Shown here: piece after piece, positions 17,393-27,497 of the stretch | Numbering within the stretch: the first letter of the stretch is position 1 | How the letters are laid out: the number at the start of each line of letters is the position of its first letter | DNA from: an uncultured Gemmatimonadales bacterium | Lineage (GTDB): Bacteria > Gemmatimonadota > Gemmatimonadetes > Gemmatimonadales > GWC2-71-9 | Direction: 5' to 3' | DNA: 27,567 bases | Assembly (NCBI GenBank): GCA_963748815.1 | Contig: CAVVKJ010000018.1 | Location: 1 to 27,567, forward strand | Program-made: the position numbers and the translations under genes | Notes under the pieces: generated by a model | The model's input: the letters and a program-made list of their open reading frames with translations, nothing else | Told to the model about the DNA's origin: nothing | Databases searched by the model: none

Positions 17393-20329
17393 ATGCCTTC
17401 GCTGACAGTCAACGGACAATCCGTGCCGATCGCCGAGGGCGATACCATCCTCGATGCGGCACGCGCGCACGGCGTGGAGATTCCCACCCTCTGCTGGTAC
17501 CCGAAGCTCCCCACCGTCGGGAACTGCCGCATCTGCCTCGTTTCCGTCGAGGGACAGAACAAGCTGCTGCCCGCCTGCGCCACGCCGGCCGCCGATGGCA
17601 TGGTGGTCGAGACCGAGAGCGCGGCCGCCGCCGACAACCGCCGCGGCGTGCTCGGCATGCTGCTCGAGCGCTACCCGTTGGAGCACCTGCGCGGGAACGG
17701 CAGCGCGCCCCCGCCGCGCAACGAGTTCGAAGGGTACGTGAAGCAGTACCAGGTGCCGATTCCCACCGACCAACCCCTCGGCCTCCGCGGCGGCGACACC
17801 CGCCCCGGTGACGTCATGATCCAGCACGATATGTCGCTCTGCATCCTCTGCACCCGCTGTGTCCGCGCCTGCGACGACATCCAGGAAGTCGGCGTCCTCG
17901 ATGTCGGCCAGCGCGGCCCGCACACCGAGATCATCGTCGGCGGCGACGGCGACCCCGACCACGCCGGCTGCACCTGGTGCGGCGAGTGCGTCCGGGTCTG
18001 TCCCACCGGCGCCATCTTCGAGGTGATTCCCCGCGAGCGATTCGGGGCGGAGGCGGTTCGCCATCCCGACACCGTCACCCGGTCGGTCTGCCCCTATTGC
18101 GGCGTCGGATGCCAGGTGGATCTCCACGTGAAGGACGGGGAGCTGGTGCGCGTCACGTCGCCCTGGATCGAGGAGAACACGCCGAACCAGGGCAGCACCT
18201 GCGTGAAGGGTCGGTTCGGCACCGACTACGCGCAGCATCGCGACCGGCTCACTGTCCCGCTGATCCGGAAGGGTTGGGTCCAGGAGGGAACGACCTGGCG
18301 CTGGACGGGCGAGACGCCGAGACGCCGGGAGGGACCGTGGCAGACCATCGAGGAGATTGGCGGCGGCAGGAAGCCGCGCCCCCCGAAGCGCAGCGTCGGG
18401 AAGCCGCCCCAGACCGGCCTGCCGATCGTGGGCGACGGCGACGTGCGCGACAGGGCGACCACCCCGGCCGAATGGTACGACGCCTTCCGTGAGGCCACCT
18501 GGGAGGAGGCGATGAGCCTCACCGCCCAGGAACTTCTCCGCATCAAGACCCAGCACGGCCCCCGCGCCCTCGCCGCGCTCTCCTCCGCCAAGTGCAGCAA
18601 CGAGGACAACTACCTCTTCATGCGGATGGTGCGCGGCGCCCTCGGCACCAACAGCGTGGATCACTGCACCCGCCTCTGCCACTCGACCTCGGTGTCCGCC
18701 ATGAGCCGCGCCCTGAGCACCTCGGCGGCGTCAGGCTCGATGCGGGAAATCGAGGAGGCGTGCGACGTCATCTTCATCTCCGGCGCCAACGTCACCGAGA
18801 ACCACCCGGTCTTCGGGGCACTCATCAAGCGGGCCGTGACCCGGGGCGCCAAGCTGGTGGTGGCCGACGTGCGGCGCACCGAACTCGCCGCCCTGGCCGA
18901 TGTGCACCTGCAGCTCCTTCCCGGCACCGACGTGGCGCTCTACAGCACCATGCTCAATCACATCCTGGGCAAGGGCCTCGAGAACAAGGAGTTCATTCGC
19001 ACCCGCACGAAGGAGTTCGAGCAGGTGCGGGCCGCCGTGGCGCCCTACACGCTCGATGTCGGGCAGAAGCTCACCGGCGTGCCGGCCGCCCTGATCGCGC
19101 GGGCTGCCGAACTCTATGCAAGCGGACCGAACACCTCCACGCTCTGGGCCATGGGACTGACCCAGCACGCCACCGGCACCGACATCGTGGCGAGCCTGCT
19201 GAACCTGCTGCTGGCGTGCGGGATGATCGGCCGCTGGGGCGCGGCGATGCTGCCGATCCGCGGCCAGAACAACGTGCAGGGGGCCAGCGACGTCGGCGCG
19301 ATTCCCTTCGCCTACACCGACTACCGCTCCGTCACCAATCCGGAGAACCGGGCCGACTACGCCAGGGCGTGGGGACTCCCCGAGGAGGCGCTCTCCCTCG
19401 AAAACGGCCTGATGGTGACGGAAATGACCAAGTCCGACAGCGGGGTTCGTGGCCTGTATATCATGGGAGAGAATCCCGTCATTTCCGACCCCGACGTGGC
19501 GCACGCGGAAGAATGGGTGCGCGGGCTCGAGTTTCTCGGTGTGCAGGACCTCTTTCTGACCGACACCGCGCGGTGGGCCGACGTGGTCCTGCCCGGATCC
19601 TCCTTCGCGGAGAAGGAGGGGACGTTCGCCAACACTGAGCGGCGTATCCAGCTCTCCTCTCCCGCCCTGGCGCCCCCCGGCCAGGCCCGGCGCGACCTCG
19701 ATATCCTGATCGACTTGACCGAGCGCCTGGGTCTCAAGAGCGAGTACGCCGGTGCCGAAGCGGTGATGAAGGAGATCGCGTCGGTGACACCCTCCTGGGC
19801 CGGCCTCACCTACGAGGGCCTGCGCCAGCACAACTTCGGCCTCCAATATCCGGTGCTGACGCCCGACTCCGACGGCACCGCGTTTCTCTTCGAGGACAAG
19901 TTCCCGACACCCGATGGCCGGGCGCTCTTCGTGCCGGTGGAGTTCCTCCCGCCCAACGAACTGCCCGATGCCGAGTACCCGTTCGTGATGGGCACCGGCC
20001 GGCAGATGTACCACTGGCACACGGGGACCATGACCCGCCGCTCGACTGGCCTGGACTCTCGTGAACCCGTGCCGACGGTGGAAATGCATCCGGAAGACGT
20101 GGCAGCACTCGGCGTGACCGACGGCGAGACCGTCCGCATCACCTCACGCCGCGGGAGCATCCTGATCGGCGTGCGCGCGTCAGGCCGGCAGGCCCGCGGC
20201 CAGGTGTTCGTGCCCATGCACTACCGCGAGGCGGCGGCCAACCTGCTGACCAATCCGGCGCTGGATCCGTATGCGAAGATTGCAAGCTTCAAGGTGAGTG
20301 CGGTGAGAATTGAGAGGACTGGGGACTGA
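17393..20329 (+). CDS. fdhF: Formate dehydrogenase alpha subunit (Mo/W-bisPGD, Cys-type, N-terminal 2Fe-2S and 2x4Fe-4S)
   Basis: IPTLC, CRICLV, CILCTRCVRAC, CTWCGECVRVCP, CPYCGVGC, CVKG, NSVDHCTRLCH, RGQNNVQG and HWHTGTMTRR. Confidence 0.92.
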   Translation: MPSLTVNGQSVPIAEGDTILDAARAHGVEIPTLCWYPKLPTVGNCRICLVSVEGQNKLLPACATPAADGMVVETESAAAADNRRGVLGMLLERYPLEHLRGNGSAPPPRNEFEGYVKQYQVPIPTDQPLGLRGGDTRPGDVMIQHDMSLCILCTRCVRACDDIQEVGVLDVGQRGPHTEIIVGGDGDPDHAGCTWCGECVRVCPTGAIFEVIPRERFGAEAVRHPDTVTRSVCPYCGVGCQVDLHVKDGELVRVTSPWIEENTPNQGSTCVKGRFGTDYAQHRDRLTVPLIRKGWVQEGTTWRWTGETPRRREGPWQTIEEIGGGRKPRPPKRSVGKPPQTGLPIVGDGDVRDRATTPAEWYDAFREATWEEAMSLTAQELLRIKTQHGPRALAALSSAKCSNEDNYLFMRMVRGALGTNSVDHCTRLCHSTSVSAMSRALSTSAASGSMREIEEACDVIFISGANVTENHPVFGALIKRAVTRGAKLVVADVRRTELAALADVHLQLLPGTDVALYSTMLNHILGKGLENKEFIRTRTKEFEQVRAAVAPYTLDVGQKLTGVPAALIARAAELYASGPNTSTLWAMGLTQHATGTDIVASLLNLLLACGMIGRWGAAMLPIRGQNNVQGASDVGAIPFAYTDYRSVTNPENRADYARAWGLPEEALSLENGLMVTEMTKSDSGVRGLYIMGENPVISDPDVAHAEEWVRGLEFLGVQDLFLTDTARWADVVLPGSSFAEKEGTFANTERRIQLSSPALAPPGQARRDLDILIDLTERLGLKSEYAGAEAVMKEIASVTPSWAGLTYEGLRQHNFGLQYPVLTPDSDGTAFLFEDKFPTPDGRALFVPVEFLPPNELPDAEYPFVMGTGRQMYHWHTGTMTRRSTGLDSREPVPTVEMHPEDVAALGVTDGETVRITSRRGSILIGVRASGRQARGQVFVPMHYREAAANLLTNPALDPYAKIASFKVSAVRIERTGD

Positions 20330-20340
20330 GGACTGAGGAC
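20316..20340. repeat. 7-bp tandem repeat GGACTG(A/G) overlapping the fdh stop codon
   Basis: GGACTGG GGACTGA GGACTGA GGAC. Confidence 0.7.
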
Positions 20341-20380
20341 CGCTGTTATCTTCAGCAGAACTTTCCGAACGAAAGAGACT

Positions 20381-21424
20381 ATGCGAGCGCTTGTTAAGAC
20401 CGCCCCCGGCATCGGCATGGAGCTGCGGGAGGTCCCCGTTCCTGCCTGCGGACCCAACGACGTCCTGATTCGCGTCCACCACGCGGGCGTCTGCGGCACC
20501 GACCTCCATATCTGGGAGTGGGACTCCTGGGCCAGCAACCGGCTGAAGCCGCCGGTGGTCATCGGCCACGAGTTCGCCGGCCGCATCGAGAAGATGGGCC
20601 CGGAAGCCGAGGCGGAAGGACTGCTCGACGTCGGTGACCTCGTCACCGCCGAGGGGCACATCATCTGCGGACACTGCCTCCAGTGCCGCACCGGCAACGG
20701 GCACCTCTGCCAGCGCACCTCGATCATCGGTGTGGACCGCGACGGCGCCTTTGCCGACTACATCGCGATGCCCGCCTCCAACGTCATGAAGCTCGGCGGG
20801 ATCCCCACCGAAATCGGCGCCATCATGGACCCGATGGGGAACGCCTTCCACACCGTCCTCGAGGGCGACGCCGTCATCGGGAGCGCGGTGCTGGTGCTGG
20901 GCTGCGGCCCCATCGGCTGCTTTGCCGTGGGGGTGGCGCGCGCGGCCGGCGCCTCGCTGGTCATCGCGAGCGACCTCAACGACAAGCGGCTCGGCATCGC
21001 GAAGCAGATGGGGGCCCACGTGACCCTCAACCCAACGAAGGACGACGTCCTCGCGCGGGTGCGGGAACTCACCAACGGCGACGGGGTGGATCTCGTCTGC
21101 GAAATGAGCGGCCACCCGGCCGGCCACGCCCAGGCCTTTGCGGTGGCGCGGCTCGGCGGACGCGTCAACCTGCTTGGCACGCCGAGCAAGACGACCGAGG
21201 TGAGTTTTGCGCGGGACATCATCTTCAAGGGGCTGACGCTCTACGGCGTGACCGGGCGCAAGATGTACCACACCTGGCACGTGATGCAGCGCTACCTCCG
21301 CGCCGGGCAGATCGACCCGATGCCCGTCGTGACCCACCGCTTCCCGCTCGAGAAGATCGCCGACGCCATCCAGGTCATCAAGGACGGGCAGGCCGGCAAG
21401 GTCATCCTGGAGATCGGCTCGTGA
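20381..21424 (+). CDS. tdh: L-threonine 3-dehydrogenase
   Basis: GVCGTDLHIWEWD, IGHEFAG, AEGHIICGHCLQCRTG, DPMGNAFHT, GCGPIG and GVTGRKMY. Confidence 0.95.
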   Translation: MRALVKTAPGIGMELREVPVPACGPNDVLIRVHHAGVCGTDLHIWEWDSWASNRLKPPVVIGHEFAGRIEKMGPEAEAEGLLDVGDLVTAEGHIICGHCLQCRTGNGHLCQRTSIIGVDRDGAFADYIAMPASNVMKLGGIPTEIGAIMDPMGNAFHTVLEGDAVIGSAVLVLGCGPIGCFAVGVARAAGASLVIASDLNDKRLGIAKQMGAHVTLNPTKDDVLARVRELTNGDGVDLVCEMSGHPAGHAQAFAVARLGGRVNLLGTPSKTTEVSFARDIIFKGLTLYGVTGRKMYHTWHVMQRYLRAGQIDPMPVVTHRFPLEKIADAIQVIKDGQAGKVILEIGS

Positions 21425-22620
21425 GCACCAACCTCGATACCCGGGTCCACGCCGAGCTGGCGCAATTCAAGGCCGATGGCGTCTACAAGAAGCTCAACTA
21501 CCTGGCCAGCCCCCAGGCCGCACGAGTGGAGATGGAGGGACGGGGCTCCGTCATCATCCTTTCCTCCAACAACTATCTCGGACTGTCCAACGAACCGGCG
21601 GTCGTGGCGGCGGGCAAGAAGGCGCTCGACCGGTACGGCGCCGGCACCGGCTCCGTCCGGTTCATCTGCGGCACCTTCTCGATCCACCGGGACCTCGAGG
21701 CGGCCTGTGCCCGGCTTGTGGGAACCGAGGCGTCACTCAGCTTCGTGAGCTGCTGGAACGCCAACGAGGCGGTACCCGGCACCCTGCTCACCGAACACGA
21801 CCTCATCCTGAGCGACCAGCTCAACCACGCCTCGATCATCGACGGCCTGCGGCTGGCCAAGGCCATCACCAAGTGCCAGACCGGAGTCTACAAGCACGGC
21901 GACCTCGACGACCTCCGCGCCAAGCTCGCAGCGGCCGCCGACCGCAAGGTGAAGATGGTGATCACCGACGGTGTCTTCTCGATGGAAGGGGCCATCGCCA
22001 AGCTCCCCGACATCGCCGCCATCTGCCGCGAGTACGGGGCGGTGCTGGTGGTGGACGACTCCCACTCGACCGGCGTCCTCGGCAAGACCGGCCGCGGCAC
22101 CGCCGAGCACTTCGGGATGGTGGGCCAGGTGGACATCATCACCTCGACCCTCGGCAAGGCACTGGGCGGGGCGGCGGGGGGCTTCGTGGCCGGTACCGCC
22201 GAGGTCTGCGATTACCTGACCCAGCGGGCACGGCCGCAGCTCTTCTCCAACGCCCTGCCGGCCACGGTGGCGGGGAGCGCGCTGGCCAGCATCGAGTTCC
22301 TGGAGCAGCACCCGGAGCGGGTCACCCTGCTCCGCGAGAACGCCAACTATTTCCGGGAGCAGCTCCTCGGGCTCGGCTTCGCACCCCTGGCGGGCGAGAC
22401 ACCGATCATCCCAGTCATCCTCGGGGAGACCTCCGCCGCCATCCGGATGAGCAACATGCTCCTCGACGAGGGGGTGTTCGTGACCGGGTTCGGTTTTCCG
22501 GTGGTGCCCCAGGGGCAGGCCCGGGTCCGCTGCCAGGTTTCCGCAGCCCACTCGAGGGCCGATCTGGATGAGGCGCTGGCGGCCTTCAAGAAGGTCGGGA
22601 CGAAGCTGGGGCTGATCTAG
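21421..22620 (+). CDS. kbl: 2-amino-3-ketobutyrate CoA ligase (glycine C-acetyltransferase)
   Basis: SNNYLGL, SVRFICGT, LNHASIIDG, DGVFSMEG, DDSH, TLGKALGG and LFSN; GTG start overlaps the tdh stop. Confidence 0.95.
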   Translation: MSTNLDTRVHAELAQFKADGVYKKLNYLASPQAARVEMEGRGSVIILSSNNYLGLSNEPAVVAAGKKALDRYGAGTGSVRFICGTFSIHRDLEAACARLVGTEASLSFVSCWNANEAVPGTLLTEHDLILSDQLNHASIIDGLRLAKAITKCQTGVYKHGDLDDLRAKLAAAADRKVKMVITDGVFSMEGAIAKLPDIAAICREYGAVLVVDDSHSTGVLGKTGRGTAEHFGMVGQVDIITSTLGKALGGAAGGFVAGTAEVCDYLTQRARPQLFSNALPATVAGSALASIEFLEQHPERVTLLRENANYFREQLLGLGFAPLAGETPIIPVILGETSAAIRMSNMLLDEGVFVTGFGFPVVPQGQARVRCQVSAAHSRADLDEALAAFKKVGTKLGLI

Positions 22621-22910
22621 CCCCCAACCCCATTCCCCAAGGCGTCTTGCAACCCCCCCGTCACCCTGCAAGTCGGTGCGCGGGTTCCCCCCGTCCCCCC
22701 CACCCCAGTGACGCTTCCAATCTGCCCGAGATGACCGAGGTCAACCCATTGGGGTCTAGTGTTTTAGGGCGATCCTTCCTATCTTGGACAGGCCCCGTTC
22801 CTCACCCCCACGGCCGTGGGGGCAAGGAATTTGCCCGAAGGTGACACCAATCGCAGTGTCGTGACCGGTCCTCGGACCCCCTTGGGCCGATTCTTCCAGG
22901 AGGCAGACTG

Positions 22911-23573
22911 ATGCGTGTGCTCACCCGTGCCCTTGCGACGCTCGGCCTGGCAGCCCTTGCCGGCGCCACCGCGCTCAGCGCCCAGTCCGCTGGTGTGGGC
23001 GCGTATCGCTTCTACCTCGGCGCCTCCGGTGGTGCCATGAGCTTCGAGACTGAGAGCCAGTCCCGCGGCACCATCCCGATGTTCGGCGGGAACGCACTGA
23101 TCACCGCCAAGCGGGCCGCCCTCCTGATCGGGGTCGACATCGGTCTTGGCAGCAGCGAGAACGCCTCGATGTACGACGCGGTGGACACTACCTTCACCCT
23201 CACCCGCGACGTCACCTTCGACAACATCAATCGCTACTACTTCATGCTGATGGCGTATCCGCTGAAGTCGCATATCCAGCCCTTCTTCGGGATCGGCTGG
23301 GGCATCCAGACGCTGTCGAACGTCCAGGTGCAGGGCACCTTCGCGGACAACTATGAGAAGGAACTCCAGCAGCAGCAGGCCGAAGACCTCGGCAGCACCG
23401 CCTACATGCAGTTCGTGGCGGGTCTCGAGATTCGGGTCGGCATCGTAAACGTCTTCGGCTCGCTCTCCGCGGCCACCGCCCCCAACAGCTACGACCTGGT
23501 CAATCATTCGATCTATACAGGCCAGGCAGGCCTCCGGCTCAGCCTCGGCAAGTCGCGCGACGACATCGACTAG
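22911..23573 (+). CDS. Secreted protein, probable outer-membrane beta-barrel
   Basis: Signal peptide (ALSA-Q), alternating amphipathic strands (FYLGASGG, QPFFGIGWG, GQAGLRLSLG) and an AGGAGG RBS. Confidence 0.7.
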   Translation: MRVLTRALATLGLAALAGATALSAQSAGVGAYRFYLGASGGAMSFETESQSRGTIPMFGGNALITAKRAALLIGVDIGLGSSENASMYDAVDTTFTLTRDVTFDNINRYYFMLMAYPLKSHIQPFFGIGWGIQTLSNVQVQGTFADNYEKELQQQQAEDLGSTAYMQFVAGLEIRVGIVNVFGSLSAATAPNSYDLVNHSIYTGQAGLRLSLGKSRDDID

Positions 23574-23595
23574 GCAACCCAGCAGCGACACGCGA

Positions 23596-23630
23596 AACGG
23601 GCGCACCATCTGGTGCGCCCGTTGCTTTTT
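23596..23630 (+). terminator. Intrinsic terminator
   Basis: AACGGGCGCACCA-TC-TGGTGCGCCCGTT-GCTTTTT. Confidence 0.8.
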
Positions 23631-23646
23631 CCCCTCTCCTCGCTGA

Positions 23647-23685
23647 AACCCCTCACCCCCAACCCCCTCTCCCCGGGAGAGCGGG
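23647..23685. repeat. CCCCTCACC...CCTCTCCC..GGGAGAG repeat (second copy of the type at 13604-13645)
   Basis: AACCCCTCACC and CCTCTCCC..GGGA blocks are shared with 13604-13645. Confidence 0.6.
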
Positions 23686-24291
23686 CTAGCCGCGAGGCGC
23701 CGATCGAGACGCCCAGCGAGTGCCGCCCTCCACGAATCTCAGGGGCCAGTCCACGGCCCTGGTGATGCCGATCCTCGGAGTGGCCACCGGGGGCGCCAGG
23801 GCGTCGCCCTGGTAGATCCGGAGCACCGCACCGCGCATTGGCTGCTGATCGAGCGAGCGGGTGATGCCGAGGGCCTGGGTGAGCCGTCCGGGGCCGGCGG
23901 CGAGCAGCCGATCGGCCACCCCTCCCCGCCGCCGGCGCATGGTCGGGAGGCCCTCCAGCGGCTCCACGGCACGGAGGAGCACCGCCCCTTCGTTTGGTGT
24001 GCGGCCGGCCACCAGATTGGCGCACCAGTGCACACCGTAGGAGAGGTAGACGTACCAGGCGCCCGCTGGCCCGTAGAGCCCCTCATTTTGGGCGTGGCGG
24101 CGGTTCTGGAAGCCGTGGGAGGCGGGGTCGCGCTGGCCAAGGTAGGCCTCCACCTCGACGATGCGCCCCGTGGTCCTCGTACCACGCACCGTCGACACGA
24201 TGACGGTGCCGATCAGCTCCCGCGCCACCACCTCGGCGGGGCGGCGGAAAAAGGAAACGGGCAGCAGCGCCGCCCGTTTCGTCCCGCTCAT
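23686..24291 (-). CDS. mpg: DNA-3-methyladenine glycosylase (AAG/MPG family)
   Basis: VARELIG, GRIVEVEAYLG, DPASH, YVYLSYGVHWCAN, AVLLRAVEP, GPGRL, PRIGIT and PLRF. Confidence 0.93.
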   Translation of the reverse strand: MSGTKRAALLPVSFFRRPAEVVARELIGTVIVSTVRGTRTTGRIVEVEAYLGQRDPASHGFQNRRHAQNEGLYGPAGAWYVYLSYGVHWCANLVAGRTPNEGAVLLRAVEPLEGLPTMRRRRGGVADRLLAAGPGRLTQALGITRSLDQQPMRGAVLRIYQGDALAPPVATPRIGITRAVDWPLRFVEGGTRWASRSAPRG

Positions 24292-25896
24292 TCTGCCTTC
24301 TTGGCCCGTGGCTTCCGGGCCGCCCGCTTCTTCTTCACCGGGGCCGCTGCAGCGGGCTCTCCGCTGCCGTCTTCGGCGACTTGGCTGCCTTCGCCGCCTT
24401 TGACGACTTCTTGACGCCGCCCACGGCTTCCCCGCTTCCCCGCTTCCCCGCCGATCCGCCCTCGTCATCGACGACGACCATCCCCACCAACGGGATCTCC
24501 GACTTCTGTGAGCCCATCCGTGCGCCGCGGCGGAACCGCCCCGGTGCCGTCGGGACGATGGTCGCGACCGCAGCGGCGGGCGGCGACTTGCCGTCTTCCG
24601 CACTCGGGGCCGCCACCGCATCCACGGCCGGCGACGGCCTCGCGGCGGGTCGCCGATGGGGAACCGCGATGTCGGTCGGGTGGACCGACACTTCGTAGCT
24701 GTCGTCGCCCGTCTTCCGGACATCCGCCACTTCGGCGTCGTTCGCCTGGCGGAGCAGCTTGGCGAAGCGCCCGGTTTCGAGCAGGGTGTCCTCACGGCCA
24801 TGGAGCGCCGCCATCCGGGCCCGCAGTGCGTCGTGCGCCACCGGATTGGGAAGTTCGGCCAGGACCTGCGCCATCAGCGCGAACGCCGAGGCGAGGGTGA
24901 GCCCCTTCGGCCCGGTCGCTGCCGCTGCACCCTCCCCGGCGGGACGATCTTCGCCACGGCCACGACCACGGCCCCCCCGACGACGACCACGCCCCTTCTT
25001 CTCCTCCGGGTCCGTCGTGGCGGCGGGCGCGGGCACGGCGGCCTGGGCCACGGCATGCCGTGCCCCTGCGGCCCCGCGGCCCCGCGGCCCCGCGGCCCGC
25101 CCCGTATCGGTTCGACGCCGCCTGCGACCGGCGCGATCTCGTACTGGCCGTTCTCCATCTTGTTGACGACCAGGATCCCCTTGGCACCGGCATCGGTCAC
25201 GAACTTGCTGAACCGGCTGTACCCGGCATTCTTCTCGTCGAAGTGCGGGTCGATCTGCTTCATCACCTGCTTCAGCCGGTCGGAACGCATGACGTCGTCG
25301 TTCCGGACCATCTGGGCCGCGGCCTCGCGCACCAGCTCCCAGGGGTCGCGCTGGATGGAGGGGGTGTCCTCCTCCTTCGTGAGCCCCGCCAGGTCGCTGT
25401 ACGAGTAGTACTCGTCGCAATTCTGGATCAGGAGGTCGCTGGCCGACTCCCGGATGCCGACGCCGATGACGTACTTCCCGTACTCCTTCAGCTTGATGAC
25501 CATCGACGAGAAGTCACTGTCGCCCGAGAGCAGGATGAAGGTGCCGATTTCGGGCCGGGTAAAGACCAGCTCGATGGCATCGACCGCGAGACGGATGTCG
25601 GTGGCGTTCTTCTTGTTGGTGCCGAAGGCGGGGGCGAAGATCAGGTCGATCGACGACTCCGAGAGCGGCACGATGTACTGCGGGTAGCGGCGCCAGTCGG
25701 CGTAGGCCCGCTGGACGGCCACCTTCCCCTTGATAATGTCGCTGTTGAGGAGGGTCCGCAGTTCCTTGGTCAGGTCCGAGCGGATGCCGAGGGTGACGTT
25801 GTCGAAGTCGATGAGCAGCGCCGCGTTCGGGGCGTGCACGGTGGCGGCGGTCGCGGCGACCGGACGGCCGGCGCGGATGATGTGACGGTTGTTCAC
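24288..25896 (-). CDS. NYN (LabA/DUF88) domain protein with OST-HTH/LOTUS-like domains, RG-rich linker and Lys/Ala tail; apparent frameshifts near 25097 and 24358
   Basis: [35 protein letters not shown] and [14 protein letters not shown]. The frames can be joined through to ...[17 protein letters not shown], whose stop overlaps the mpg start (ATGA). Confidence 0.82.
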
Positions 25897-27497
25897 GTAG
25901 TATTCAGCTCCAGGTCCACCACTCGCGCCAGCTCCATTCGCTTGACCTTCCCGGACCCGGTCATCGGGAAGGCGTCGAAGAAGCGGACGAGGTCAGGGAC
26001 CTTGTAGTCCACAAGTTGGTCGCGACCGAACTCCTTGAGTTCGTCGCCGGTCAGGATGGCCCCTTCCACCGGCACGACGCAGGCGCACACCAGCTCCCCG
26101 AGCAATTCGTTGGGGACGCCGACCACGCATACGTCGTCCACGGCCGGATGGGTCCGGAGGACGTCTTCCACTTCCCTGGGCGTGACGTTGTTGCCGCCGC
26201 GAATGATCATCTCCTTGCGGCGACCCACGATCTGCACGGCGCCCGCCTCGTCCACCACCACGAGGTCGCCGGTGAGGAGAAACCCCTCCGGTCCGTGGGC
26301 GCGTGCCGTCTCGCCCGGCATGCGGTGATACCCCAGCATCACGTTGGCACCCTTCACCGCGAGTTCGCCAACGGCTTCCGGCCCATGCAAGCTCCCGGTC
26401 GCCAAGTCCACCACCTTCACCTCCACCCCCGGGAGGGGGCATCCCACCGTCTGCGCGCGACGCTCGGCCGGGTCGCCGGGCCGCGTCATGCAGATGGTGG
26501 GGCCCGTCTCCGTGAGCCCGTACGCGATCTCCACATTGCACCAGGCGCGAATCTTCCGCACCAGGTCGGGCGACACCGGCGCGCCCGCCACCACCCCCGT
26601 CCGCAGCGCCGAGAGATCGCGGCCCGCGAACGTCCTGTCCCGCATCAGGAGCTGGAACATCGTCGGCACACCATGGCAGACGGTGATCCGCTCCCGCTCC
26701 AGCAGTTCCAGCGCTCCACCCGCCTCGAACCGCTCCTGCAGCACCAGGGTGCCGCCAGCGGCGATGGTCCCGATCACGGTCGAGACACCGAAGACATGGA
26801 AGAAGGGCACCGTGCCCAGCACCCGGTCTCCCTCGACCAATTCCAGCGCCTCGGCGCTCAGACGGGCCGTGTCCACCAGGTTCCGGTGCGAGAGGAGCAC
26901 ACCCTTCGGCTTCCCCATGGTGCCGGAGGTGTAGAGGAGCGCCAGCGGCTCGTCCGCTCCGCGAGTCGCGGCTGAAGCCGCGGCCACCGCTGTCACCCCC
27001 GCGAAAGCGGGGGTCCAGCCCTGACTTCCCTTTGATGCCAGATCCTCAAATTGCAGGAATCTGTCGTCCGTCCACAGATCCTCCGGCCCCACCGTGATCA
27101 CGTGGTGAAGGTCGGGAAGGTCCGGAAGCATCTCCTCATACAGCTCGAGGTAGTCGGTCCCGCTCCAGACCTCCGGCGTGACGACGACCTTCGCCTCGGA
27201 GTGCCTGAGCTGGTACTTCAGCTCGTGGAAGCTCAGCCCCGGGTCGAGCGGCACCACGGTGGCGCCGAGCCTGGCACCTGCCAGGAAGGCCACCACCCAC
27301 TCCGGCCAGTTGGGGAGGTCCACCGCCAGCTTGTCCCCTGCCCCGACGCCCAGCCCTTGCAGCGACGCGGCCAACCCCGCCGCCTGCCGATCCACCTCGG
27401 CGTAGCTGAACCGCAGCGCCCCGTGGACCACCAGTTCCCGGTCTGGATGCGCCTGCACCCGTTCCTGGAAGAGGGTGGCGAGGTGGCTGCTGGGCAC
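25893..27497 (-). CDS. Long-chain acyl-CoA synthetase (class I adenylate-forming enzyme)
   Basis: [39 protein letters not shown] and SGKV; likely GTG start at 27497 after GGAG. Confidence 0.9.
   Translation of the reverse strand: MPSSHLATLFQERVQAHPDRELVVHGALRFSYAEVDRQAAGLAASLQGLGVGAGDKLAVDLPNWPEWVVAFLAGARLGATVVPLDPGLSFHELKYQLRHSEAKVVVTPEVWSGTDYLELYEEMLPDLPDLHHVITVGPEDLWTDDRFLQFEDLASKGSQGWTPAFAGVTAVAAASAATRGADEPLALLYTSGTMGKPKGVLLSHRNLVDTARLSAEALELVEGDRVLGTVPFFHVFGVSTVIGTIAAGGTLVLQERFEAGGALELLERERITVCHGVPTMFQLLMRDRTFAGRDLSALRTGVVAGAPVSPDLVRKIRAWCNVEIAYGLTETGPTICMTRPGDPAERRAQTVGCPLPGVEVKVVDLATGSLHGPEAVGELAVKGANVMLGYHRMPGETARAHGPEGFLLTGDLVVVDEAGAVQIVGRRKEMIIRGGNNVTPREVEDVLRTHPAVDDVCVVGVPNELLGELVCACVVPVEGAILTGDELKEFGRDQLVDYKVPDLVRFFDAFPMTGSGKVKRMELARVVDLELNTT
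26965..27018. repeat. Two REP-like palindromes in frame inside the acyl-CoA synthetase CDS
   Basis: GTCGCGGCTGAAGCCGCGGCCAC (26965-26987) and TGTCACCCCCGCGAAAGCGGGGGTCCAG (26991-27018). Confidence 0.7.

Noticed and set aside
18655..18685. Selenocysteine in FDH
   Set aside because: The active-site codon is TGC (Cys) in HCTRLCH; there is no in-frame TGA.
16925..20089. Long minus-strand ORFs (585 aa and 452 aa) opposite fdh
   Set aside because: Antisense shadow ORFs typical of high-GC3 genes; no recognisable motifs.
20683..21420. Apparent N-terminal extension making kbl 645 aa
   Set aside because: It is an alternative frame over tdh; Kbl similarity begins at GTG 21421.
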